This document shows positions 16,560 to 31,647 of a stretch of 64,000 nt of DNA, one piece after another. Made by a program: the position numbers and the translations under genes. Origin of the DNA: Chrysomallon squamiferum (taxonomy: Eukaryota; Animalia; Mollusca); contig CM022668.1 in the NCBI GenBank assembly GCA_012295275.1, forward strand, positions 4,588,001-4,652,000, written 5' to 3'. Under the pieces are notes generated by a model. The model saw only the letters and a program-made list of their open reading frames with translations. It did no database searches and was not told the DNA's origin. Position 1 is the stretch's first letter; every line of letters begins with the position of its first letter.

Positions 16560-17010
16560 TTAATGAACTGGCTGTTGATGCAAGACACAAGACGAGTTGA
16601 TCCTCTCTGCACTTTGATCGGTAGGAGGACTGCCACTCTCCATACACGTGCTTCATAACAAGAAGCTTGTTGCCAGCTGCACCGTCCCATTCACGTTGCT
16701 AAGTTGAAAAAGTATATTTATTGACTCTGTATTTAACATGTATCAGTATAAGACATACCAAGCCTGGCAGGAGAAAAAACCAAAGCAGACTTGACAGCCG
16801 AGTCTGCATTTCTAACATCCATGATGCGAACATCGCTGGGCATTTAACAAAATAGCATTGGCAATGGATTAAAGAGATAAACCTTTGTTTGATCATGCCA
16901 AATAAGGCACGATCCAGCTCTGTGTTTCAATGGATTAAAGAGAGTAAGTGTGATGACCTGACTATTGTATGCTGCAAAGGTCACTGGTATTCAGTAACGT
17001 CTCTTTCCGA
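16560..17010 (+). mobile_element. possible ancient non-LTR (RTE-like) reverse transcriptase fragment
   Basis: Higher-GC island between microsatellites. A long frame with stops (KKLVASCTVPFTLLS*KSIF...SNIHDANIAGH) loosely resembles RT motifs QGCVLAPTLF and YADD. Weak, by-eye match only. Confidence 0.2.
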
Positions 17011-17073
17011 TTAGCTGGAGATATATTTTATCTGTGTGTATCTATGCGTTATATGTCTCTGTGCTGAGTGTAA

Positions 17074-17187
<114 letters not shown>

Positions 17188-17425
17188 CACAAGCATGTGT
17201 GTTTATCTAAGTAAATATCCAGAGTATGTAGGTAGGTAGGTATGCATGTATGTGTGCATGCATTCATACATTCACTTATGTATTTGTGTTGAGTATGTAT
17301 ATAGATATGTATGTAAGTTTGTATATATCTTTGTTTCTTTGTTTTCTAGTCTTTTTTTTTTTTTTTTTTGTTGTGGCTGTGTGTCTGTGTGTTTAGGAAA
17401 AAAAAAGAACCATACTGGTTCAGCA

Positions 17426-17456
<31 letters not shown>

Positions 17457-18287
17457 TAATGTATATTTTCATTTTCAAATATATTTCTCAATCTGTTTAG
17501 AACTATTAAAAAAAAAACTATTTAGTTTTGTTTACAGCATCTAACGGGGTTTATGAGGTCATCATTGGACTGTGCAGGTGCGTTCCCAAATACTGTCTAT
17601 GTGCAGTCTAATCAGATACACATAGAACAGAGAATATATGTCTGTCTGTCTGTCATTCTCTCTGTCTGTCTGTATATTTTATTAATTAACTGTCATAGAA
17701 ATAGTATTAGAAATTTGAATAAATTTTATCTTTTACAAGAGTTGAATATTTTTAAAATATTTTTTATTTCTTTTTTACCTGTAACATATATACTTTTATC
17801 TGTAAGAAAATATGTATTTATCTGTAAGAAAATATATATTTACCTGTAATAAAATATATATTTACCTGTAATAAAATATACTTTTACCTGTAATAAACTT
17901 TCATTAGCCATAACTGTATTTGTTTTTCTTACTGTTAGCTTGTTGATAACGTTGCAATTAATACTTTATTATATATATATATTTTTTTATTTTATTTAAA
18001 AAGCCACTTACTTTAAAATAATGTTGTAATTGTTTCTAATTTAGTTTGTCTCCTGCAAAATGACATATACATGTAGAGACACAAAAGAACTTTCATACAA
18101 ATACAGATGCATCCATACATGCATTCATGCACATGTACATGCAAATACATACACTGTATATACACATATAGACACAAACATTGACCTACAGACACATTGT
18201 CATGTATATATATATACACACACAAACATATGTATACATAAAATCATGTATATACATATACACACACATACAAACATAAATATATTA

Positions 18288-18326
<39 letters not shown>

Positions 18327-18707
18327 CAATAAAAAATAAATAATTTGTTATCATTATTATCATATTCAACACACAAATCAACAACAAAGTATGGAATGTA
18401 AAATATATTGCACTCTAAACCAACAAGTAAATAACAGTGTAGACTCTAGCTGCACTCTAAGTAGACTGATGAAAAGCGCAGTTAAACTATAAAAAATAAA
18501 AATTATAATCTGGTCTATTTCAAACTTCATTGTCATCACTGAACAAAACTAAAATTACTACTACTACAACTACTACTACTACAATAATAATAATAATAAT
18601 AATAGTGGTAATAATAATAAAATTAATAATAATAGTTAAAAACAATAATAATAATGATGATAATAATAATAATGGTAATAACAATAGTAATAATAATAAT
18701 AGTAAAA

Positions 18708-18741
<34 letters not shown>

Positions 18742-19066
18742 GTAATAATAACAATTATAACAATAACAATAACAACAATAATAATTTATTTGCCATTGTT
18801 ACATCATTCTGTATTTAAACACTTAACAAACAAGCAATATGGATAAATGGATTTTTCCTTTTTTCTAATAATTTTCTGTTACCATTAATATTAAAAACAC
18901 TGGTTGTATTTAATACAAAATACACAAAAATTTACCCAGTACCAACAAACACAAACATACACACAAATATCTATATATTCACTAAAATCGTAAACTGTTT
19001 ATTTTAATTTGATATCAATAAATAAACAAAGCATTATGCATAAAGTATGTGCTAAATTGTACACAT

Positions 19067-19295
19067 TAATTTTGATATTCACATACAAATCCCATACTAT
19101 TTCACAAATTTAATGATATTGATAAATAATACTGCATTTTACCTGTCTAAAAACTATTTCATAAAGCAAATGATATGAGCAAATAATTTTGATATTCACA
19201 TACAAATCCCATACTATTTCACAAATTTAATGATATTGATAAATAATACTGCATTTTACTTTCTAAATACTATTTCATAAAGCAAATGATATGAG
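19067..19295. repeat. ~116-bp direct tandem duplication downstream of the STX17 stop (probable 3' UTR)
   Basis: TTTTGATATTCACATACAAATCCCATACTATTTCACAAATTT...CATAAAGCAAATGATATGAG occurs twice in a row. Confidence 0.85.
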
Positions 19296-20784
19296 AATAT
19301 AAAGTTACATATTACAATATTTTAAAACCTTTTATAATCAAATGTATAAACCCAACATGTATGAATTATGAGTTTTACAATAACAATAATACAAATTAAT
19401 TTCACAAACCAAACATGGATAAATTATAATTCTTACAATAATAATAATAATAATAATTTGTTTCACAAACCCAATATGCATAAATTATAATTTTTATCAA
19501 AATGATTTCACATTATATTAGACAAATAAATAAAATAAAATATATGAATCAATCCAGCCAAAGAAGGATGAACAACAAGATCATCACCTTACAAAAATAT
19601 TATTATTTCTGAGAAGTCAACAGCTAATGAATTAAAGTAAAAATATTAATTTTTTTCCCCCTGGAAACCAATAAATTTATCATCAACATTTTTCTGAAAA
19701 ATTATAAATTATAAATTTTAATTGTTTTTAGCAGTGTCTGCAGAAACAGTTTAATCTCGATTTTTTTTCTAATTTCATTTAGTTTTTCAAAAAAATAAGA
19801 AAATTGATATTTTTATTCTCATCAGAAAGAAAATAAGTTTTTTGTTTTAATTTTAGTATTGAAAGTTATAGATTTTTTTTGGTTTTTAAAATTTCAAGAA
19901 ATTGATTTTTTTTCTTCTAGAAAATGATTAATTATTTTTCATGAAACAGCTAGATTTCTGGTGGTTTTTATTTTTCTAAATTATGCAATGATTTATATGT
20001 AATCTTTCTTAATTTTAAAATTATCTATACATTTTTTTAATACATTCTCCACATCAGTGAAAATTTTATTTATCACATTCATGTAGAAAAATTTCCAAAT
20101 TAAAGATAAAAATTTATGTTTAAAAATAATAAAATAAAATAAAATAAAGAAACAGTAAAAAGGTGTTTTATCAAAATGCATCTTAAAAGAAAATGACAAT
20201 AGCCGAACTTTCCTATGGTTTTATTTTCTAAATTCTTAGATCATTTAAACATAATCTTTCTTAATTTTAAAATCAGCCAAATTTCACAAAAATCTTCTCG
20301 TAAGGAATTTAAAAATAATCCTGTTTCTAAAAATAGCTATTTTCCTGGCAGACAGTCAAGGAAGACAACTCATGATATTTTATCCTCTTCCCCAGACATG
20401 CAACATCATCCAGAGATACAAATTAAAACAATGATAAAGTAGATGATACCCAGACACTGGATCACTAAGTATGTGGTATGCTATACTAGAGACTTTGAAC
20501 TGATATCACAATAGTGAATCAGTCACTCTAGGTTTAGAGGACGTCAAAATAATAATCACTAAACCGTTCACTTTAGGTTTAACGAAAGTCAAAATGATGA
20601 TCACTATAGCAGTCAGTCACTTTTTATTTAGAGGAAGTCAATGATCACTACAGCAGTCACTAAAGGTTCACTAACTGTTCATGATGATCATAAAACATCT
20701 TTCACTGGAATCTACATTGCACAAACACTTCACAATAAGTTATCAGTTTTTCAGTGTGAACAATCAAGTCTCTCATCCAGCTAA

Positions 20785-22188
20785 TTAATTTTCTGTTCCC
20801 TGTTTTTCAGTTTTTGATATTTCTGGCAACGATGTCGAGCGATGGACGTTCAGTTTACGCATCTCCAACTCCACAGCTTTGTCTTGATGATTCTTCAATA
20901 GTTTGCCACTGGCAAATCCTGGAATTATCAAAAAAGTTTGTGGTAGGTAATGTTCTGCTGTTAGGTACTAACGAATTTAGACCTAAAGGTATTACAAAAA
21001 TAAAAAGATAACTGTGATATATTAGAGAGACAGACATACAAATACAGCCATATTTCCTAATTTCTACCATAAACTGAGGAAATAAGAAATAAATTACTAA
21101 TTTTTTTTTTAAAAATATATTCTCTTCAGCATTTAAAATTGTATTTATCTTTTTCATGTAGAACAATTTCTAAATTCAAAATTATTTTTTAGTTAACAAA
21201 AAAAGTTAAAAAATTTGTTTTATCAAATACTTCTCAAAACAATAATTTGAATTTGTCGACACTGAGATTTGATCCTGTTGACTTACCAACTACCCCTCCT
21301 ACTCCTGCGGCAACTAGACCTATTTTGGCTCCTGCTATCAAACCCACAGGACCTCCTGCAATTCCTCCTATCAAGGCTCCTGTGAGGGGAAATGCTACTG
21401 CTTTTAATTTGGCTGCCTTTAAAATAATAACAAAAAAAAATCACAATAACAGTAAAAAATAATAATAATAATAAGCAAGTTGATTATTATGTAATGATTA
21501 TAAAATAAAAATAAATAATAATATCAATAATAATAACATGATTATAAAAATAAATAAATAAAAATAATGATAATGAAAAATTATGTTAATAATTGTAACA
21601 GTAAAGTATTACTATATCATTCTCTTATTATTATGTACAAAATTAAAAATGTTCTTCCCAATCAGTCTTGTTTAATCTTTATCTAATTTCTAAAAATTGT
21701 TTATATTATTATTATTATATTAAATTAACATAAACATCTAAATGTAAGATACTAACACATCAATCTCTATTTAACAGAAAAATTATTTAATTTAAAAAAT
21801 AAATAAATAAATAAGAAATAAAATAAATAAACTTAGGTCAAACAACACTTAAACAATATCTGTTGATGAATGTAGAAGGACTTACTGTACTTAAATTCTT
21901 GTTTCCTTTCTGGACACTGGTCAATGCTTGGTCAATATTTGACTCTATGTGGTCTATTTGTTCACCTTGTGTCTGAAAGTTTTAAATATAAAAGAGAGAG
22001 ATAAAAATATTTCACTTTGTCATGTGCCTTTTGCAATAGGTTACAGTAATAATATCAGCCATGATCATAACCAGAGAGAGACTGTGTGAATAAATGTGTA
22101 AGTTAGAAAGTGGAAGTCTTGAGCTTATTTTGAAAGATTAAAACAAAATAATGATTTAGAGAATGAATGTTTCTAATCAAACAAAAAC

Positions 22189-22236
<48 letters not shown>

Positions 22237-22440
22237 CATAATCATAATGATAAATAAAAATATAAAAAATAAACATTAACAAATTATGGATGTATGTGTT
22301 AATATATAAATATGTATTAATAAATAAAATAAAAAAATACTTACATTCACCATTTGTGCAAATGTTTTTACAAGTTCATTCAGGTCTTGAAGATTCTGAA
22401 ATTAAACAAAATTTACAGTAACAAATATAAAAAAAATGAA

Positions 22441-22475
<35 letters not shown>

Positions 22476-25400
22476 TAACAATGATGATGATGATGATATC
22501 AATATAATAGCAATAACATCAATAACAATACCAATTCTAGCAATAAAAATAATAATAATAATAAGAAACAATATTAATAATAATTATAGTAATAATATTA
22601 TTAATAATATAACAATTACAGTAATGATAACAATACTAATGGTAACATCAGCAATTATTGTAAAAGCTTGTGGTTAAGTTGATTTTATTTTCAAAAACAA
22701 AGTTAGTTCTCAGAAATATCTTGACTCGTATTTCCCACCAGTTGAAAGAAAGCTGTTCTGAATCATCTCATTCATCAGACATTATAAGAATCAACCAGCA
22801 AGATCCAGATCCAGATCCAGAACAAATCTGCCACATCTGTATCTATTAAACCGTCATACATATCAATTTACAAGTAAGTAACTATTTTAACATACAGTAT
22901 TGTGACTAGAGTTACCTCCCTTGAAATATAATTATGATGTCTCAGTAACAACATTATTGCAAGATATAAGTTTCTGTCATGAGTTGAATACATTTATTAT
23001 TTTCAAAATATTAATCTAGTTATAACCACAGTAATCAAAATTTATTCAACAAAGGGCTGATAATAAAATCTAAAAAATTCAGTCCAGCTTAGAAAACTAC
23101 TGAAGACATCTTCAACATTTTCAACTGAGAATTCTTTTAATACTAAAGTCAGCAGTACATGACTGAATAAACTGAAAAGTTCATTATTAAATCAGAGAGG
23201 CCAGTAACCACATACCCTCCTGTGAGGAAACAGAAACAGTAAAAGATATTGATGTGTGTAAATATTTCTAAAGGTTATATGAAAAGAATAGTGAATTTTT
23301 CCAAGATTTTCTTTCTGTCATTTTGTAGTGTCTGTTTTTAAATATATATATATGTATATTCCAAATTTGCAAATTTAATACAGCATCTTTCCAAATGTGT
23401 AAGGATAGTACAAAAAAAGAGATAAATGATAAAAAAAAAAAAAAGGAAGTTTTATAAACAATATTTCCACATACTATGGCTATAAGGGTGATGTTATGCA
23501 TCATCATTATATAATCTGTTTATACACACTTCCTTTGCAAAAAACCTGAAATATTTATCTGAATAAGTAAATTTTTTATGTACATTTTTTAAACAGTCAT
23601 GTCAAAAACTAAAAAGCAATTTTATTTATTCAAATTTTGTCATTTTTGGCCAAGCAACTCCCCTTAAAACAATAATGAACTGACCACACTCACCTCACAA
23701 AACTAATTTATTTTCCACATAAATATTCATTAACATTTAATATTTTGCAAACCACTACTTCAGAAGACTATCTCAACTTGTATGGTAGGCATAAATCTGA
23801 GGTAACAACTGGGGAGGGGTTGTCAAAAATAGACATCACCTTGTCTGATTGGCTTACCTAATACACAAGCTTTTACATTATGTAAGTATAGCAAGTATGG
23901 CAATAATAACAATAATAATAATAATAATAACAACAATAATAACAGTAATAATAATAAGAACAACAACAACAACAATAATAACAATAATAATAATCAGAAG
24001 AGGAAGAAAAAATAGAAGAGAAAGAAGAAGAACGACTTGAATATTTTCATTATTTAAACCATATTTTACAGTTTTTGTTTCAAGAGAGACTGAAAAATCT
24101 TGAGTAAGAAATTTCAAACCTCCTGCAAGGCTTCCCATGATGCAGCAGCTTCGGAATTTTCTGGAACAACATGAAGTTCCTGCTGCACATGAATCTGATC
24201 AGTCGAAGAGGGCAGACTTGCTGTTTGGTCTGTGGCCTCGTTGCTTAGCAACAGACCCCTCCCCATCAGTGGCTGGACTTCTTTATCTGTGGTAAAATCT
24301 GTAACAGAAGTAAAAATAAATATATATATATATTTATTTCAAGAAAAAAATGAAAATTTGGAATAAAATAAATTTGGGAAAAATAAAAAAATAATAATCA
24401 AATAATCAAAGAATAAAGAATGGGAAAAGAAAGAAAGGAGGAAGGTTAATATTTATTTACTCCTTGTAATAAACAAATTATTATTGATAGTAGTTATTTT
24501 GTTTACACATTAATTAAATCAGCAGCAGTAACATAAAGGAGAGCATAAAAATATAAACAGATTTCACTTAGGTAGAGAGAGGAATGTGCAGATCAGAAAG
24601 AGGAAGACAGACAGACAGGCAAACAGACATAACAGAATTAGCTAGCTATATTCATACCTAGTTAGACATAAACAAACAGTGAAACAAATTATTAAATCAG
24701 CAGCCAGTTAGAGATAAACAAACACCAACAATAATAATACAGAGTCACATACAAAAAGTCAGTCAGACAAAATATATGTGATTGTGCATCGGAAATTCAT
24801 ACATATTGGACACAGTTGACAAAATTTTGTTATTATTTAGCTAAAAGAATAGATAAAAATATTTTTAAAAATGCATTAAATACATTTCAGTTATCTTGTT
24901 TAGTTTTGGGGATACAGAGCTTTGTGTTGTCACACAGTCGACTATTTTTGTAAAATGGACATCAAAGTTTGGCATTGTTTTTTACATCTGTAACTAAAGA
25001 TCCACAATCCTGCCTGAGAACTGCTTGACAGGAAAATAATCAGCAAGACTCACAGATGTAAAAGAGAATATTCATTTTGAATACATAAATCTCGTACACA
25101 GTTTGATTTTTCCAGAAACTGATGCTCTACTTGCAGTCACAAAATAGGTAAATTATATAAGAAATGTTGCAGGCTACCACATAATACTTCAGAATTAATG
25201 AGATTTTAACAAGAAAAAAGAAGAAATTCTCGTAATGGAGATTTGTTTTTGCATAAATGACGGTACTGCTTTCTAGTAAGTATGCTGAGAGTCTGATCCA
25301 TGACATACGTATCATGCATGGATGACTGCACTTTAGGTTAACAAATATCAACAGACAGACAGACAAACTGAAAGAAAACACACCTTGAAAAAATGTATTT

Positions 25401-25909
25401 TAGTTAACAAATATTCACAGGCAGGCAGATAAAAAGAAAACATAACTTGTTTTGGTATCTATATGAAACTTAGCACTTTAGGTTAACAAGGACCTACAGA
25501 GACACAGACAGATAGAAAAAATACTATGGAAGAATGCATTTTAGTTAACAAATACTCACAGACAAACAGAAGGAAAACATGCTATGCTTCGATATCTGCT
25601 CAAAAGAATGTATTTTAGACAGACAGACAGACAGTAAACATACCATGCTTTGATATCTGTAAGGAAGACTGTATTTCAGGTTCTCCAGTAATGAATTCTT
25701 GAACCAACTTTAAAGCTTTCTGTTTCATATCTTCGACTTTCTCGTCAAAATATTTCAGATCTTCATCAACAGTCTGTTTCCTAGCCTTCTCAATCTCATT
25801 GATGTTTGCTTTAATTTGCTGTATCGTTCTCGAAGCATTAATTTGCTCCTTATTAAGACCTGGCCAGTCTTCTATTGATATAAGCTGCAGAAGAAAACAA
25901 ATAATAATA

Positions 25910-25964
<55 letters not shown>

Positions 25965-26692
25965 TAAATAAATAAAGTAACTAAGAAAGAAGGAAAAGAG
26001 AAAGGAACAAAGAAAGAAAAAAAAAAATGGAAGAATGAAGAAAATGAAAGGAATGCAAGAAAGAGAAAAAGGATGAACAAAGAATGAAAAGAAGAAAAAA
26101 AGAAAGACTTGATATAGGAATGAATGAGAACTCGTAAAATTTTACAACAGGTTTTTGTACTGATGTGCTTATAGTCTTTTATTTTAATTACTAGATATAA
26201 AAAGGAACTTACTGGCATGTAGCAGGCTACTCATAAAATTAATATTTTGAAAACATGCAAAGCAAAATGCAAAATACTGAAAGCAGCATGGAAAATCATT
26301 TCTTTTTTTGTTCTTCTAATTTACATTTCTTTTTATATCTTTATATTTTAATTTTATATATGTGTACGTGTGTGTGTGTGTTATTTACGATTATATATAT
26401 ATATATATATTATTTACAATTCACAGAATTATATTTTAACTTAAATTTATGTTTTATATCATTATTCTATTTTAAATTTCAACAGACATATATTAATTTA
26501 AATTTTCATTTCACATATTGAACTTTAATTTAAATTTACTTTCTTCATGTTCATTCCATGTTTGTGCAAGCGATCAAGATCAATTTCCAGCACTTTGATA
26601 AACTTCTGGATGGATGGTTCAAGTCTTCGAATTGGATATTTGTGAACAGCATCACTGGATCGTTCCATCTCAGATCTGTCAAAGGAGGCCAT
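20785..26692 (-). CDS. STX17: Syntaxin-17 (autophagosomal Qa-SNARE), 324 aa; exons 26692-26540, 25884-25644, 24298-24120, 22395-22345, 21972-21886, 21416-21287, 20918-20785
   Basis: All introns are GT-AG with consistent phases; the ORF is 975 nt. Matches STX17 hallmarks: IRRLEPSIQKFIKV..DLDRLHKH; KEQINASRTIQQIKANINEIEK; AAASWEALQENLQDLNELV; SNARE motif QGEQIDHIESNI; Gly-zipper hairpin TMDs PLTGALIGGIAGGPVGLIAGAKIGLVAAGVGGVVGFASGKLLK. Confidence 0.96.
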
Positions 26693-27048
26693 TATTTACC
26701 TCTCTGAATTTCTTCTTCTTCTTTTCTTTTTTGTTTTAAAATGAAGATATGAATACGATTTTTATACTGCCTGTTTGTTTTCGTTTAGTTCTCAATGTTC
26801 TGTGCATGTAGTCTGATCATTTTTAACACATTGTGACTTAAATTATTCGATTTGAAGACGACCAAAACTTACGCAACGATGTATGATTTCAGGTATCAGA
26901 TAATCCGAATTTAGTAGAAATTTACCAGTTCAGTAATTGTAAAAAGATTGATTTGAAGCATGGAATGGAATGGACAAAAATTAACGTGCTAATCAGAGCA
27001 AGCTGTTGTGAAGCACGTTATTTGAAGCAGAAACGAAAGTACTTAAAT

Positions 27049-27066
27049 ACTTCCGTAGCCATGTTT
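27049..27066 (-). promoter_or_regulatory. ETS (CGGAAGT) + YY1-like (AAACATGGC) motifs in the putative STX17/GUK divergent promoter
   Basis: Minus strand reads AAACATGGCTACGGAAGT about 350 bp upstream of the STX17 coding exon. Copies lie near 37390, 49850 and 63850 (ETS core mutated in the last). Confidence 0.45.
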
Positions 27067-28022
27067 ATTTCTTTAAATAAATCTCCTCCCTACAATTCAG
27101 CGCACCAACAATTTGTTAGTTTATTTCAAAATTAAATTTAGTATTTTCATTTTATTTATAATGATGTATATACCATTGTTTGGATAGAAAAAGAAAGAAA
27201 GAGGTATGATAACATTTTTCAAATTAATGTTTTTACGTTGAACGTGAACAATAAATATGATTTATAAATATCGTTATAACCATCACATTTCTTTTTTATG
27301 GTAATTTGGTTTTGTTTCTTTTGTTTCTCGTTTTTTTCTTTTTCTTAAATCTCATTGTAATTATATAAGAGTAAGAAGATAAAAAATAAACAACAAAATT
27401 GATGGGAAATAAGTGAAACCATTTAACATAGTCTTTGTAACGTCATACGATAATGACTTAGTCGCAATAAAGAATTTTTGACGATTCTGTTTATTGTAAG
27501 AGTAAAATCGTTTTAGTTGTTATAAGCTAATTAAACTATCACAAATATTTTATCAAAAGCTTTATATGCTTGCAAACAAGAACTATTACAGTTTACGATA
27601 ACACCCAAAATATTGTTTACTGTAACACATTTCAAATGTTTCAGTATCTGTTTCCGCGTAGCTGTTAGGATTCGTTCTGACGGCTACTTCACTTTATTTA
27701 AATTATGTATTTTTTTTTTTCATTATTCATTTTTTAATAATATAAAACATATAACTGTTTGCAAAAAACAATGATGAAAAATTTCTTCTTAAAATTAACT
27801 AGACGGTTTTCTTGTTTTTACTTTTTTCTTATTTGTATTTTTATTTTCTATATATATATATATATTTATATTTATTTATTTATTTATTTATTTATTAATA
27901 TTTAGACCTGGTTAAGTGATTATTTTTGCCATGAAATATTTTAGGAATTTAGAACTGTAGCTTTTTTGTTTTCTGTATTTTATTGTATGTTGATATACAC
28001 GGTGTGTGTGTGTCTGTCTGTC

Positions 28023-28091
<69 letters not shown>

Positions 28092-29203
28092 AGGTTGCCT
28101 GGGGCAGATTATGGGGTTAAAGAAAATAATAATTAAAAAAGTAAAATTGATGTCCACCATTCTCATGCTCTGAATGATATTGTCACGGTGACTTGGTCGG
28201 ACTGGTATTAATATTTTAAAGTCGGCTCGTCCCATCTAAAGGGTAGCAGACTATAATAGCGTCACGTGACAAGATGTTAATGATCTGAGACAGTTAAACT
28301 ACTAAATGACTAGTCAGTATCCACGAGAGAATAATAACGCAAACAAGAATTCAATATCGGTAACTATTTTATATTTTACATAAATTAACCATCAATGGTA
28401 ACATATAATTTAACGTACGATTCGAAAGATACAATACAAAGGCAAATAGCGTTGATAGATAATACTAAACTAATTTAGCCCAGTTGGTTACTTTAACTTT
28501 CTAACTAATCTTTTTGTTATTAAAATAAGTTACCTTAGTTTGTTACTTAGTTTTCAGGCGTAAGTATGGACCACAGAATAACACAATAAAATATCCAACA
28601 GAAATATATCTTCTATCAGTCAACATGTATGTTACATAAAAATATATATAATTACCTGAGTTGTCTTGAGTACACATCCCTCAGACAACGTGTCGCTAGA
28701 TGGGGCACCGATCAAAATATCTCGTTTAAGACGCGTGCAGGTTATTTCTTGAGCTTGCGCGGACGTTCATATTAACCAGACTGCGATCAAAGTGACACTT
28801 ATTTCATATTGACAAACTTTTTTTTTTTTTTTTTCGACATTTTTTCTTTTATGTGATTACTACTAGGTAGTAACAAAGATCACTAACGTACAGGTATACA
28901 GTATGATTTGATATTACACTACATAAATCATGAACGACTTCACGATAGTGTTTGGCTTTGTATGCCACTTAAACTTGAAAAATAAAAAAAAATAACAGAT
29001 TTGCATTCTGTATGTGCACTATATATATATATATATATATATATTAAGAAAACAACCATAGAAATATTTAGTGGTGCAACATGTGTTAGTTCTCAAATGT
29101 TCATAGATTTTTAACAGAATTTTAAATTCTTCTTGTTCAAACACGTTCATATCTGTTTTTTTTTTTAAAAGTATTATTAATATTTTTGGCATTTCTCTTT
29201 CAG

Positions 29204-30100
29204 TGTCTTGTATATGTTGTTTGTATCAGAGAGCCGTGAAAAGTGTTCGACCAGTGGTCATCAGTGGACCCAGTGGGAGTGGAAAAGGAACTCTGCTGAC
29301 AAAACTTTTTAATGAGTTCCCTGATAAATTTGCATTTAGCGTTTCACGTAAGATATTCTTTTGTTTTTATTTTAGAAAACACTACCAAACAAGCTTTTAT
29401 TTATGTATGCATAATTGTGGAATATGACAACCAACGCTTGTAACTGCTTGAATATTCATGGTGTGCTGTGATCCATTTGATTTTGTAACCATAGCAACAA
29501 ATATTGGAATTCGTGTTAATCGTATTATTTTTTAAATAATTTATATCATTTTACAGTAAATCGGCTTATCTAGAAAAGTATATAAGGTTTTAGTCAATGA
29601 AATATATAAACCTTCATGAAACTATGGGAAGATATAAAAAGTATTATTAATGAAAGTTATATGTCTTGAACAAGAAAATTATTCATTGCATCTTAAACTG
29701 GTTCATAAAACTAGAAGAAGAGCTTGACAAAGAGTGTCCACAAATTATAAAATTTAGTTATGAGTAAATCAAATTATTTTGCAGAGAATAAAACTAAAAG
29801 GATAATAAGATGACAATTAAAATAAGTTATAAGGAAACTTAGTCTTGGGTGAATGAAATTGTCTGGTAAAGGTTTGAGAGTGAATGATATTGAAACAGTT
29901 TTTAAAAGTCTACAGATCTCTTGATTAATGTTGCTTGTACATAAATTTTATTTTATATTCATTTTATTTACTTTATTCATTTTATTTAATGTTAATTTAG
30001 ACACCACAAGAAATCCAAGACCAGGAGAAATAGATGGCAAACGTAAGACACCAGAACATTGTCCCTTTCAAATATCATTAACATAATTATAATTATCACT

Positions 30101-30188
<88 letters not shown>

Positions 30189-30438
30189 ATTAATTTATTA
30201 TTTTCTTTTGTATCAGACATCACTATGAATTTGTTATGTTTGTTTTACATGAAACATCTGTTAGTACATCACCTTAAGGATATCGATTTTGAATTTAGTC
30301 TTTGCATTTTAAAAACAAAATGGTACAAAATTAAAGCAAATAAATTTACACCCTCAAAAAAAAAAAAAAAAAAAAAAAAAGAAAAAGATTTCTGATATTA
30401 AGTTCTCTAGAAAATTAAAGTAAATTATTTAATTATGC

Positions 30439-30485
<47 letters not shown>

Positions 30486-31604
30486 TTTTTTTTTTTTTTT
30501 TTTTTTTTTTTAGACTATTATTTTGTGTCAAGAGAAACATTTGAGAAAATGATAACTGATGATTGTTTTCTAGAATATGCAGAATTTTCTGGAAACTTAT
30601 ATGGAACTAGGTAGGAACAAATTACTTATAAATACAGACCATGTAGAAACATTTACACACATAATCACGTTTATATATTTATAACTTGTACAGCCATACA
30701 CAATACACATTACACGTGACAAACACAGCACAACAGAACCCTGTCTCATACTTCTTGTTAGAAAACCAAAATGGTAGGTTCATATTCTTTTCATTTAATT
30801 TTTCAAGAAGAACCTTTTCTTTCATTTCTATTTCTGAACAAATTATATGATAAAAAAATGAAATATATGTTGCTAGGAAATAAACTGGTGGGTGGTTTTA
30901 AGAAAATTTCATTTAATTTATTTCAGAAAGTTACATATTTCTATGCTACAAGACAAATACAAATTATTATGATTGTAAATTTACTAGAAGAGAAAGCAAA
31001 AGCGACATTTATTTTTATTTTGTTTTTGTTTTCTTGTAAGACAGTCTAACTTCTTAAAAATGTTACAAATATCAAAAATAAGGATTTAACATTGCTGTTG
31101 TTAGTATTGTTTATTATTATTATTATTATCATTATTTTTATTATTGTTATTATTATTATTGTTGTTGTTGTTGTTGTTGTTATTGTAGCTTTGGTACTGA
31201 AAAAAGACAACCAGGAAACCATAAAGTTTTTATTTTATTTTAATTTATATTTTTAAATAATCTTTTTATGTTTAAATATTTTTGTTTTCATTTTCTCAAG
31301 AGTTTTTTTATTTCTAGCACTGAAAAAGCCGTCACAATTACGAGTTGCTAAGCAACAGCTGGTCGAATCCCTTTGTAGAGAGACTCCATTTTTATTTTTT
31401 TACTTATTTGTTCCAGTAAGAAGACGGTGGACGACATTTTTCAGTCGGGAAAGATTTGTATTCTTGACCTTGCGGTCAGTGGTGTGAAGTTCATTAAGAA
31501 AACTGATCTAAACGCCCTATACATTTTTATAAAAGTTCCCTCTATGGAGGCTCTGGTGAGTTTTAGTGACAAGTCCCAGTCACTTTTTTAATATAATTTT
31601 TTTA

Positions 31605-31647
<43 letters not shown>

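Noticed and set aside
20855-21166. 103-aa minus-strand ORF or acceptor at 20982 as the STX17 last exon
   Set aside because: The acceptor at 20918 gives GFASGKLLK, matching the conserved GFTGGKLI; the other frame shows no STX17 similarity.
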